DNA from: Ostrea edulis
Taxonomy: Eukaryota
Reading direction: 5' to 3'
Assembly: GCF_947568905.1 (NCBI RefSeq)
Contig: NC_079170.1
Coordinates: forward strand, 79,794,001 to 79,858,000
Length of the DNA: 64,000 nt
Below the pieces are notes generated by a model. The model saw only the letters and a program-made list of their open reading frames with translations, did not search any database and was not told where the DNA came from. Positions 1-10,157 of the stretch are shown in pieces. How positions within the stretch are numbered: position 1 is the first letter of the stretch; each line of letters starts with the position of its first letter. Both the position numbers and the translations under genes were made by a program.

Positions 1-372
1 TAGAGCTCTGAATCAACTTTCACCATTACCCAATTATCTTCCCTTGCAATGATCTTTCATGTGCATAAACTTGAATCCCCATTAACAAAGACTACATGGT
101 GAAGAAATTGAAAATGTGAAAAGATAGACCACCAAATGTACAGGATACGGGACCTACAGATGTTGAACAAATTAACTTTCACTCGAGTTAAAATAAAAGA
201 TAAATACATCAATGTAAGACTAAAGCTCTGTAGAACTGTGCTCTGAACATAACTTAGGATTTGGGTTTCAATTTTTTTCCTCGACTTGAGAAGGCATCTG
301 TTATCTGTAACAATAATATCAATGGATGTCAACACAGAGCCAGCATTATAACAGAAACATGTGGATGCATAG

Positions 373-782
373 AATTAAGGGCCGTATCAGAGCTGAATAT
401 CGAAATCCGGATTAATTAAGGGCCGTATCGGAGCTGAATATCGAAATCCGGATTAATTAAGGGCTGTATCAGAGCTGAATATTGAAATCTGGATTAATTA
501 AGGGCCGTATCAGAGCTGAATATTGAAATCCGGATTAATTAAGGGCTGTATCAGAGCTGAATATCGAAATCCGGATTAATTAAGGGCCGTATCAGAGCTG
601 AATATTGAAATCCGGATTAATTAAGGGCTGTATCAGAGCTGAATATCGAAATCCGGATTAATTAAGGGCCGTATCGGAGCTGAATATCAAAATCTGGATT
701 AATTAAGGGCCACATCGGAGCTGAATATTGAAATCCGGATTAATTAAGGGCCGTATTGGAGCTGAATATCGAAATCCGGATT
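373..782. repeat. 41-bp minisatellite, 10 copies
   Basis: Unit AATTAAGGGCCGTATCAGAGCTGAATATCGAAATCCGGATT. Confidence 0.95.
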
Positions 783-834
783 GCTATCTTTCAGCTATCC
801 ATCTCTATGGTCATTCGAAAGTTTACATACATAC

Positions 835-1051
835 ACAACCCTGGTATTTTAACATCTGACTCTGGAATTCTAGCATACCCAACTCTTGGATTTCAACATA
901 CCCAACTCTGGGATTCTAACATACCCGACTCTGGGATTTCAACATACCCGACTCTGGGATTCTACATACCCGACTCTGGGATTCTAACATACCTGACTCT
1001 GGGATTTCAACACACCCCACTCTGGGATTTCAACATACCCGACTCTGGGAT
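835..1051 (-). repeat. 23-bp minisatellite built from PRPF3 exon 7 end + donor, ~9-10 copies
   Basis: Unit on the - strand: ATCCCAGAGTCGG|gtatgttgaa. Confidence 0.95.
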
Positions 1052-1136
1052 CAAAGTATTTGCCCTCGCTGATCTCCTCCGGGGGCTTTTCTATCAAGCC
1101 TTTGAATTGCTCCCTCCGTTTGGCTCGGATGTTAGC
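1039..1136 (-). CDS. PRPF3: PRPF3 coding exon 7 (gene continues beyond the left edge)
   Basis: cag|GCT ... GTC GG|gtatgt. ANIRAKRREQFKGLIEKPPEEISEGKYFDPRV resembles human [33 protein letters not shown]. Confidence 0.95.
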
Positions 1137-1327
1137 CTGTGTAGAGAAATGTAAAATATCTTCAATGTCTTTTAATAAATGACAATTTACACCCATAACT
1201 TGTATTAATTTGTTTCCCTCCACAACTGCAGTAGCCTAGTCAGATCATCAATATCACATAAAGGACTTCTGATTGGGTGCAATTTTAACCATTTACACGA
1301 CATGAAATCGTATGCAAAGCAACAAAC

Positions 1328-1421
1328 CTTTAGCGTGGGGGTATGATGAGTCAGCTGAATGGTCTGTCCTGTTTTGGCGTCGATTGTCCGACCTTCGGCA
1401 TCCAAGATCAGCGGTGTGGGT
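1328..1421 (-). CDS. PRPF3: PRPF3 coding exon 6
   Basis: cag|A CCC ... AAG|gtttgt. [31 protein letters not shown] resembles human [30 protein letters not shown]. Confidence 0.95.
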
Positions 1422-1828
1422 CTGAAGAGATTGAGAAAGAAATTGTTATTATTATTGGATTTCTTTCAAATGATTCCCAAGAGAACTGGACATCTTTAAA
1501 ATAAACATAATTACTACACACAACAGTCTTCTTACTTTGTTGGTATTACAGCACCTTGACCCCCTTTCCTGAAAAAGAAAGACAACTCATTCAAGTAAAA
1601 AAATCACTTAACATTGCAAATCCAAATTAATATCAAGACAGCCTTTGACATTTGGTGTCATGTAACTTTGCAACAATCAGTGATAATAACACATGGTTCA
1701 ATTAAACAAGTGTTTATCTAGAGTTTTAGCCTTTTCAATCTGATTGGTTGCTATAATTATAGAATATCTGTCCTTTCTCTTTTATAAGGTTTTCTCTCAG
1801 TACAGTAACATGTTTGTCCACCCATCCA

Positions 1829-2703
1829 CCCCCACTATTCCATGTTTACACCTGCCCCCACTATTTCTTGCTTACACTCACCCTCACTATTCCATGTTTA
1901 CACCCACCCTCACTATTCCATGTTTAAATCCGCCCTCACTATTCAATGTTCACACCTGCCCTCACAATTCCATGTTTACACCTGCCCTCACTATTCCATA
2001 TTTACACTCACCCTCATTGCCATGTTTACACCCACCCTCACTATTCCATGTTTACACCTGCCCTCACAATTCCATGTTTACACCTGCCCTCACAATTCTA
2101 TGTTTACACCCGCCCTCACTATTCCATGTTTACACTCACCCTTCTAATTCCATGTTTACACTCGCCCTTACTATTCCATGTTTACACCTGCCCTCACTAT
2201 TCCATGTTTACACCCGCCCTCACTATTCCATGTTTACACCCACCCTTACTATTCCATGTTTACACTCACCCTTACTATTCCATGTTTACACCTGCCCTCA
2301 ATATTCCATGTTTACACCTTCCCTCACTATTCCATGCTTACACCTGCCATCATTACGCCATGTTTACACTTACCCTCACTATGCCATGTTTAAACCTGCC
2401 CTCACAATTCCATGTTTACACCCACCCTCACAATTCCATGTTTACACTCACCCTCACTATTTCATGTTTAAACCCACCCTCACTATTACATGTTTACACC
2501 CACCCTCAGTATTCCATGTTTACACCCACCCTCACTATTCCATGTTTACACATGCCCTCACTATTCCATGTTTACACCTGCCCTCACTATTCCATGTTTA
2601 CACCCACCCTCACTATTCCATGTTTACACCCACCCTCACTATTCCATGTTTACACTCACCCTCACTATTCCATGCTTACACCTGCCCTCACTATTCCATG
2701 TTT
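1829..2703. repeat. ~26-bp minisatellite, ~33 copies
   Basis: Unit CACCTGCCCTCACTATTCCATGTTTA with variants; it explains the overlapping + strand ORFs. Confidence 0.95.
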
Positions 2704-3008
2704 ATTTTCATATACATATATCTAAATTCATAGTAGATTCTAAAGAGTTGGAAAAAATATATAGATATTTTGTATCATTAATATACTTTTACAAAATTTA
2801 TAAGCTGCACTTGCAAGAGCACTTCTGTTGCTACACAAAGTAATGGCATTATTTTATGAATGATTTATAATTTGAGAGTAATGAATAAGAACATAACTGG
2901 CTGACAGATTTAACCACTGATTGTGATAAAAATGGCAGTTTATAGAGCAGATTTTCGAGAAAACTATAAAAAGCTTTAATCAACTCATAAACAATCATTT
3001 TATTGTTT

Positions 3009-3621
3009 GCTTACCTCTGATAAATAAAGGATTAATTTACCGTAAGCTTATCCCTGATAAATGAACAACTATTTTATCTTTAGCTTACCCCTGATAAATA
3101 AACAATTTTATCATTAGCTTAGTAACCCCTGATAAATAAACAATAATTTTATCGTTAGCTTAGTAACCCCTGATAAATGAACAATAATTTTATCGTTAGC
3201 TTAGTAACCCCTGATAAATGAACAATAATTCTATCGTTAGCTTACCCCTGATAAATGAACAATAATTTTATCATTAGCTTAGTAACCCCTGATAAATAAA
3301 CAATAATTTTATCATTAGCTTACCCCTGATAAATGAACAATAATTTTATCGTTAGGTTACCTCTGATAAATAAACAACTATTTTATCGTTGATAAATGAA
3401 CAATAATTTCATCGTTAGCTTAGTAACCGCTGATAAATGAACAATAATTTTATCGTTAGCTGACCCCTGATAAATGAACAATAATTTTATCGTTAGCTTA
3501 GTAACCCCTGATAAATGAACAATAATTTTATCGTTAGCTTACCCCTGATAAATGAACAATAATTTTATCATTAGCTTACCCCTGATAAATGAACAATAAT
3601 TTTATCGTTAGCTTACCCCTG
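3009..3621 (-). repeat. 37/41-bp minisatellite built from PRPF3 exon 5 end + donor, ~16 copies
   Basis: Unit on the - strand: CAGGG|gtaagctaacgataaaattattgttcatttat. Confidence 0.95.
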
Positions 3622-3771
3622 CATGAGACCAGACATCTGGTTCTGTATCTTGGCTTGCAGTTCCTGGGCTCGCCTCACTTTTTCTAACGCCTCATTCATG
3701 AGGATTTCATTATGCGACAGCCCGCCCTGTAAAGCATTAACAATGTTCAAGTTAGAAGTCTCCAATGATTT
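3617..3771 (-). CDS. PRPF3: PRPF3 coding exon 5
   Basis: cag|AAA ... CAG GG|gtaagc, 155 nt. ...LMNEALEKVRRAQELQAKIQNQM resembles human [23 protein letters not shown]. Confidence 0.9.
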
Positions 3772-4017
3772 CTGTATACAATGTAACCACTTCCTAATAA
3801 AATCCCAAGACCATATTGGCTCAAATTTTATCAATTAAATATCATTATTATTTCAAATTATTATTAATCATTTCAAAGCACATCACAATTTCCAATCCAA
3901 CAACTTTCCCCCTGCATTTTCCAATTTAGAATCTTTTGGGGTATACATGTACATTCTCATTCAAAGAGCAGCAATTTGGGAAGATTTCAAGTAAAGCTAG
4001 TGTTTAAACTTTATGTG

Positions 4018-4103
4018 AAACTGAAATAATCAACTGATGTCCTATACCAGTGAGGGCCTAAAACTGAAATAATCAACTTATATCCTATACCAGTGAAGGC
4101 CTA
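4018..4103 (-). repeat. 43-bp tandem duplication of PRPF3 exon 4 end + donor
   Basis: TAGGCC(T/C)TCACTG|gtatagga...tttcagttt, 2 copies. Confidence 0.9.
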
Positions 4104-4183
4104 GGGGGAGCAGGCATCATCGCTGACAGTTGGGTCTTCCTTTCATTGATCATAGACTTAGCATTGGCCATCATTTCCTTTAT
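4091..4183 (-). CDS. PRPF3: PRPF3 coding exon 4
   Basis: tag|ATA ... CTG|gtatag, 93 nt. IKEMMANAKSMINERKTQLSAMMPAPPRPSL resembles human [25 protein letters not shown]. Confidence 0.9.
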
Positions 4184-4621
4184 CTACAACAGAAACAGCA
4201 AAAGAGTAAAAACACATTCAAAGATTGAATGCACAGCATGCAAACAACAAATAAATTGTGCATGTTCAACATCTCAGAAAATACAATAACAACAACAAAA
4301 TATATATTGTATCAACATCAAAGACTGTTTTCATTTTTTATTTATTTATCTATTTATTTTTTGGGTTACATGTCACCATATTTTTATGGTCGCAAATCAA
4401 TTTCAACAAAATGGCTTTTTATGGTCTCAACTCAATTTCAACATGGACTAAGAACTCCCCACAACAAATGATTATGTATACCACAGATATATCATAGTAT
4501 TTGAAAACATTTATAAGGAATTCAACATGATGAAAAAAGTAACATTAATACAAAAAATGACTTAGTCTCAGATTTTAAAGTTTTACTGGCAGGAAACACA
4601 AGCACGTTTTATGTCGACTAC

Positions 4622-4750
4622 CTTGTCTCCGGTCAGCTGACCTGGACTGGGATTCCCAGGACCTGGAATGACTGGCATTTCCACTGGACCATCATCCACG
4701 AATCTCCGCTTTTTCCTCTCTGAGGCCTCGTCTTTCTCTCTATCGCCCTC
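4622..4750 (-). CDS. PRPF3: PRPF3 coding exon 3
   Basis: cag|GAG ... AAG|gtagtc, 129 nt. EGDREKDEASERKKRRFVDDGPVEMPVIPGPGNPSPGQLTGDK resembles human [30 protein letters not shown]. Confidence 0.9.
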
Positions 4751-4780
4751 CTGGTCAAAATAATTCAGTGACTTAGTATA

Positions 4781-4949
4781 CAGTTAAACGCACTTATAGT
4801 GAAGTACTGAGAACAAACAATTCATCATAAAATCAATTCTCTACGATCAATGAGTTTATGATAATGTTTTAAAACTACAGGGAATGAAAATCACTTCGCT
4901 GTAAGCATGAATCCATTACAAGCATGTTCATTGTAATGTTGTTTTACTG
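4781..4949. mobile_element. pogo/Tigger-like MITE
   Basis: TA|CAGTTAAAC ... GTTTTACTG|TA: short TIR and TA target duplication, 30 nt from the exon 3 acceptor. Confidence 0.6.
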
Positions 4950-5289
4950 TAATGTGAATGAACAACACATATCTGAATATACATGTAATCCAAGTTCATA
5001 GTAATGTTAAAGGGTATTTTTAGTTTGAAGCTTTTGTCTAACAAAATATTCTTTAAACTGGCAGAAAGTGGCAGCGCATTTCTTTGTAGAATAATCATAT
5101 ATGTATGGAGTTCTTCAAATTTCTGTAATGATACACTTTACATAATTAAAACTCATTTTAGATGTTACTAATCTAGCACTGTTTATTCAGTATTGTCTTC
5201 TTGTATCGACTACCAACTCTCTTCCATATTTGAGATCCTTAGCAGTTTTTATAAAAAGTCTTTTGAAAGAACATGTACACAGATCTACA

Positions 5290-5534
5290 AACAAATCCTT
5301 TCACCATCGCTTCTCTCCCCTTAAATTCCTACAAATCCTTTCACCATCGCTTCTATCCCCTTACATTCCTAACAAATCCTTTCACCATCGCTTCTCTCCC
5401 CTTACATTCCTAACAAACCTTTTCACCATTGATTCTCTCCCCTTACATTCCTAACAAACCTTTTCACCATTGATTCTCTCCCCTTACATTCCTAACAAAT
5501 TCTTTCACCATCGCATCTCTCCCCTTACCTTCCT
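5290..5534 (-). repeat. 41-bp minisatellite built from PRPF3 exon 2 end + donor, 6 copies
   Basis: Unit on the - strand: AGGAA(G/T)|gtaaggggagag...gaaaggatttgtt. Confidence 0.95.
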
Positions 5535-5635
5535 TTTCTTTCGCTGACTCTTTGTCCTGTAATCATCCCACACATCAAACAGTTTCTCCGAAAATTTCTC
5601 AGCCTGTCTGTCATCCAGAATGACTTCCAGTTTAC
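5529..5635 (-). CDS. PRPF3: PRPF3 coding exon 2
   Basis: cag|GT AAA CTG ... AGG AAG|gtaagg. Encodes SKLEVILDDRQAEKFSEKLFDVWDDYRTKSQRKKRK, the end of the PWI domain. Phase 1 to 0 fits both neighbours. Confidence 0.9.
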
Positions 5636-5866
5636 CTGATTTTACAATGCAAAATGTCCTTAAGAATCATATGTATATAAATGTTAACATTCCTTATCTA
5701 TTTGTTATAAAACACTCCATCTTATTATTTACATAAGCTCAGCAAGATTTGACTTGGATATAATGTTCTACCATTACAATAATATTGTCCTACGGACCCG
5801 GTTTAATGACAGAATGTGCCCCATATACCTGCAATATACTGTATATCAGGTTTTTACCGCATCATT

Positions 5867-5867
<1 letters not shown>

Positions 5868-5911
<44 letters not shown>
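5868..5911 (+). repeat. Poly-C tract (44 nt)
   Basis: Homopolymer. Similar long tracts at 10116-10156, 13303-13324, 31349-31379 and (poly-G) 57887-57910. Confidence 0.95.
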
Positions 5912-5912
<1 letters not shown>

Positions 5913-7081
5913 CGAATCAGACCCTAAAACAGCATATCAAATTTACACAATTTCAAAGTCATAGCAAATATACAATTCACAATTATTTAACCTTATGAAG
6001 GAATTGCTAGTGAGGTCCCAAATAAGGAGATGACCTATTATGGAAAAGTTACTATGATTTATACTCCACTGTTATTTTATAAGAAATCCAATACATAGTT
6101 TGAAATTAAACTGTCAATCAAGAGACTTATATATCATTTTAAGTAATATGAAGGTAGAATGTTTTTCCTTTGTTGAAAATTGCTTTCATTAATTGAATGA
6201 AGAGTTAGCAAAGTGCACTGGTAAACAAATCTTTTCCTCTAGCACTGCAGAGATCTCTGCCTGTCTGTCTGTTAATTTTACAGGGTAATTATGTGTCCAC
6301 AGCAAATGACATACACTTTTTGTCTCCAAGCCATCTTTGCAGAATGTATGTTTCATTATTTTCCATATAAAGTAGCGGGTGGTTCTTTTTTGCAAGTTAG
6401 GTAAGCATTCGTTTTCAAAAAGAATAGTGTTGTGACGTGGTTTTCGGTAAAACAACATATTTGAATTGAAAAAAAAATGATATTTCAACATGTTTAATCA
6501 CAAAATTATTTCATCATTCTTTATAGAGTTAAGGACATATTAACTAGCATTGTGGTCAGTTGTATCAAAATTCAACTTTAAATTTATAAAGTTAATTCTT
6601 GGGTGATTCTAAAATTGTTTTGGAGCGATTCTACAATTTTCTGCTCCTATACTAGTACATGGGAGGCATTCTTACTGTGGTGAGAGCTTTTCCCACAGTC
6701 ATATTATTCTAGCTAGATTGACTCAGTTGTGATGTATGGAGTAACAAATCTATAAAATCCAACTAAACACAGTACAGGGTTCGAAATTACCTCATGTCCG
6801 TAAGTCCGAGACTAGTAAAAAACATGTCGGACTAGTAAACTCTCTATAGCACTAGTCTGTACGGACTAGTGAAAATCCGGAAATCAATCTTGAATTGGTT
6901 AAGATTTTAGCAAGATTTGTCCGAGTCTCTTAGATTACCTGCATGGTTAAGTGTTTGCGTGACTATGACATCCTGATCTTCCAAACACATGGAGTGCATT
7001 CAAGACCGCCGTTCTTCGAACGAGCACAAATTCCTACCGATTTCGAACTCCGAGTACGCATCACGAAAACGGGTTTGAGGT

Positions 7082-8244
7082 CAGTGCTCCCACTGGACCA
7101 GAATTCCCTTTCGCCACTTTTTCGGGGAGTGGCGCGGCACAAATAATCACATGCTTTACAATTATTTCAATCATATTATATATTATTTTATTCATTACAC
7201 TTATTTTAGCATTTTGAATCAGTTACATTACTTAATCATATCCATGCAGCTACCATACCTAAACATTTCTTTCTGAAATAATAAGAAGTTGATTTGTTTG
7301 ATAAATTCTATTATGGAAATCAAAATTCAGATAATAAATGATATAAATATAAATTTCATGATGTTACACCCCTCAGTGAAAACATTGTGTACATTGGCCG
7401 AAATGCAGATGTCACAAAACATCAAGCCCAATTTTGAGTCGTATCTCAACCATTCCCTATTAAATTTCCGTTTTTGTATGAAAGATTTTGCAATTTGGAC
7501 AGAATCAGATGTTTGAGCAGGTGGGGTTGACTGTAAAGCCAAACATAGATATTTTTTTAATTTTAGACTGACTAGGGTCAGAAGCTACAAGTTTAGTGTC
7601 AAAATAGAATGGGGTGCATAGTCTTATGAGATTAGCATTTTTATACTGTTGCGCACCGAACTTCAAAGAAAATTATTTATTAAAATTGTTATGTCCATAT
7701 CAATGGTGACCGACCACATTGTTTATGAAATATTCGAACTAAAATCAAACACATCAAAATCAAAATCTCGTTATCAACAAGTTTGGCCGCAAAAACAAAC
7801 AATTGATGTATTCATATATACATTATACACAATAATACGGCCAATTTAATTACCGGTCGGTTCTCTGGTTAAGAATTGACATCAATGTGGAGATGATAAC
7901 ACGATAATGAATACGACTTTAAATGTTAAACAACTGACCACAGCAGGGTAAACAGCTGTCCAATGTACTTTATTTCATAATCACCGACTTTTTTGCAGCC
8001 ATAAATTACCTGAGGCTGTGACCAGCTCTGTGTGCACTGGAGCGACGCGAGATTTCCGGTCGCACGCGTTGACTGAATAAACAGATTTTGACTGCATAAA
8101 CAAACAGGCGATAATGTGTCACTGACAAAGGATTAAAAATACAATTTATTGCAAAAAGGGATTTTCGCCACTTTCAATTTTTTTTCGCCATTTTTGAAAA
8201 AAATTCGCCATTGGCGAAAATGGCGAAGCCCAGCTCGAGCACTG
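7082..8244 (-). mobile_element. hAT deletion derivative nested in the previous element
   Basis: TIR CAGTGCTC with a perfect 8-bp TSD TTTGAGGT. The internal - strand remnant RKFNREWLRYDSKLGLMFCDICISANVHNVFTEGCN resembles the TTF-type zinc finger of hAT transposases. Confidence 0.9.
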
Positions 8245-8656
8245 TTTGAGGTGCAAGAACTGCAAGTAGTGTGATCAAAGAACAAGCATGTTTGTGCGCA
8301 CATGTTCTCGTCATTCGTGACTCTAAGACAGGAGTTCGTAACACTATGGCTCATGGCTTGGTCAATCGAGTGAATTTTATTGACTTTATTGATAAAATTT
8401 CGAACTCCTGTGACTCTAAGTCTAAGAACTGAGCACAAAAACAACGGGAACGTCGATCTCGAACGTACATGTTATGGACGTTTATAAAAGGATTCACTCG
8501 GAGGTTACTGTATGCTTCTAAAGACCTTGAATGCAAAATAAAGTATGGTGGTCTTTTTCTTCTGTAGGTGTCAGAAACTGAATTGCTTGCAACTGTGATG
8601 TGTTTGATTTCATTAATTACTATTGAATGAAATGAAGATCATTAAATATGATATAC

Positions 8657-8734
8657 TTGTTTGCCCAACTATTTATTTTGTATTGCTTATAGGAGTTATG
8701 AGATTGATCACTGTTCGTTATCTTCACCTTTCAT
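8657..8734 (-). repeat. Dispersed repeat fragment (other copies at ~43972-44110 and ~59285-59330)
   Basis: Reverse complement of ATGAAAAGGTGAAGATAACGAACAGTGATCAATCTCATAAC seen at 43972. Confidence 0.8.
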
Positions 8735-8906
8735 ACTGGACGGACTAGTGAAATGCTTTGCGGACTAGTGAACATCAATAGTGACTAATCCATAGGGACT
8801 AGTGTTTGAAAAAGTTAATTTCGAACCCTGCAGTACAATTCTATATTGATGTCTTTTATCCTACTACAAATAGTACTAATACACTGCAGCTGTTTGTCTG
8901 ACATAC

Positions 8907-9051
8907 TGATTGTCTTAGTCTTGTCATATCCTTTGTCGATACAGTTGAGGGCTGCTGTGACTAGCGAAGGTTCGGTGAAGCCGAGGAATTTGTGAACGGT
9001 CTTGTCCAGTAAGGATTTGAGGTCATCCCATTCCCTGCTAGACAAAGACAT
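8907..9051 (-). CDS. PRPF3: PRPF3 coding exon 1 (PWI domain)
   Basis: [48 protein letters not shown] resembles the human PRPF3 N-terminus ([41 protein letters not shown]). Acceptor CAG lies 6 nt upstream of the ATG; donor A|GTATGT, phase 1. Confidence 0.95.
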
Positions 9052-9390
9052 GGTTCACTGGATTGTGGAGAATTCCTTATTTCTCTGCTTTGTGTCACTG
9101 CAAGACTGCAATGAAATACAAGAAAGAACATTTAACAACAGTAACACATAATCACATGGAACAGAAAGAAAGAAGACACATATTATCACACAAAACTAAA
9201 GAACCGCCCTCCAATTTAGGCATTGATGACTTCAAATCATTATTCCTGAACTTTGGTATTGAAGAAAATGCTGGCAACTAACAACGGGAATCAAAATAAA
9301 GGATACCTAAACGAGGAAATTCGAGTAGTATTTCACTTTTTCGTGTATGGGAAGCATAAACATTAATTCTGGTAAGGTCATAAAACGTAC

Positions 9391-9560
9391 CTGTCAAATA
9401 AATGTAGATATTGATTTCCTCTGTAAATCAGAACAAACTATGTACTAAAGATTAGCTGTAATTACGCAAATATATAAAAAATATTTTGATTCATCCAACG
9501 CGAGCATTGCGTTTAACCGACAAGCTGTTTGTAAACTTCGTTTTCATTTGTTGTATCGTT
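9391..9560 (-). other. Candidate non-coding first exon / promoter-proximal region of PRPF3
   Basis: The ATG exon has an acceptor, so an upstream exon is required. The nearest good donor is CAG|GTACGT at 9390, and a CCAATCAG box lies near 9568. The 5' boundary is a guess. Confidence 0.45.
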
Positions 9561-10115
9561 CGAGAGAACCAATCAGATAAAAGTTTACAAAATATTTATT
9601 CTACAAATGAAAAATGAAATTAAATGGACAATTTATTTCCGAATAAAACTTGTAATGAATATAGAACCAATAATTTATCCAAAATCTGTGATTTTCTCCG
9701 ACGATCACCTTCATAAGTCACTTTACAGAGAGAACAGGAAGTCATCCTCAGAATCCACCATTTCATAAAATACCTCATATACTAGTAATGTATTTTATAT
9801 GTATTTAAAACGGTGGATTTTGTGGATGAATGTACTAAGTACAGGTGCTTGTTTAATATTTGGCATAGTAAGTTTTAATAAAAATATTAAGCAAGCGCCT
9901 GTTGGTAACATCCCTTTTCCCGGCTTTGTCAGTCAACCCCCCCCCCCCCAGAAATTGTGAGAGTCTGTTGTTTCACAAATGAAGAAAAAGAAAATAAGAT
10001 AAATAAATATAATGAAAAAGACTTGAATTATAATTGGACCCCTTTCAAATTATATTACTTTATTCTGGCTGATACCCTAAGAAAAATTTTTAAGAGCCTA
10101 CCCAGTGAATAAAAG

Positions 10116-10157
<42 letters not shown>

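Larger units (their letters stand above)
6775..8830. mobile_element. Non-autonomous TIR DNA transposon (hAT-like, 5-bp TSD)
   Basis: TIR CAGGGTTCGAAATTA ... TAATTTCGAACCCTG, flanked by CAGTA on both sides. Subterminal GGACTAGT repeats occur at both ends. Confidence 0.85.

Noticed and set aside
1-834. Next PRPF3 exon (expected ...FKFHDKGKF...)
   Set aside because: No - strand frame matches; the 92-aa ORF at 57-335 is not PRPF3-like. The exon presumably lies left of the window.
1744-2843. Overlapping 100-330 aa ORFs rich in H/P/T/L/F
   Set aside because: They are translations of the 26-bp minisatellite in all frames, antisense within a PRPF3 intron.
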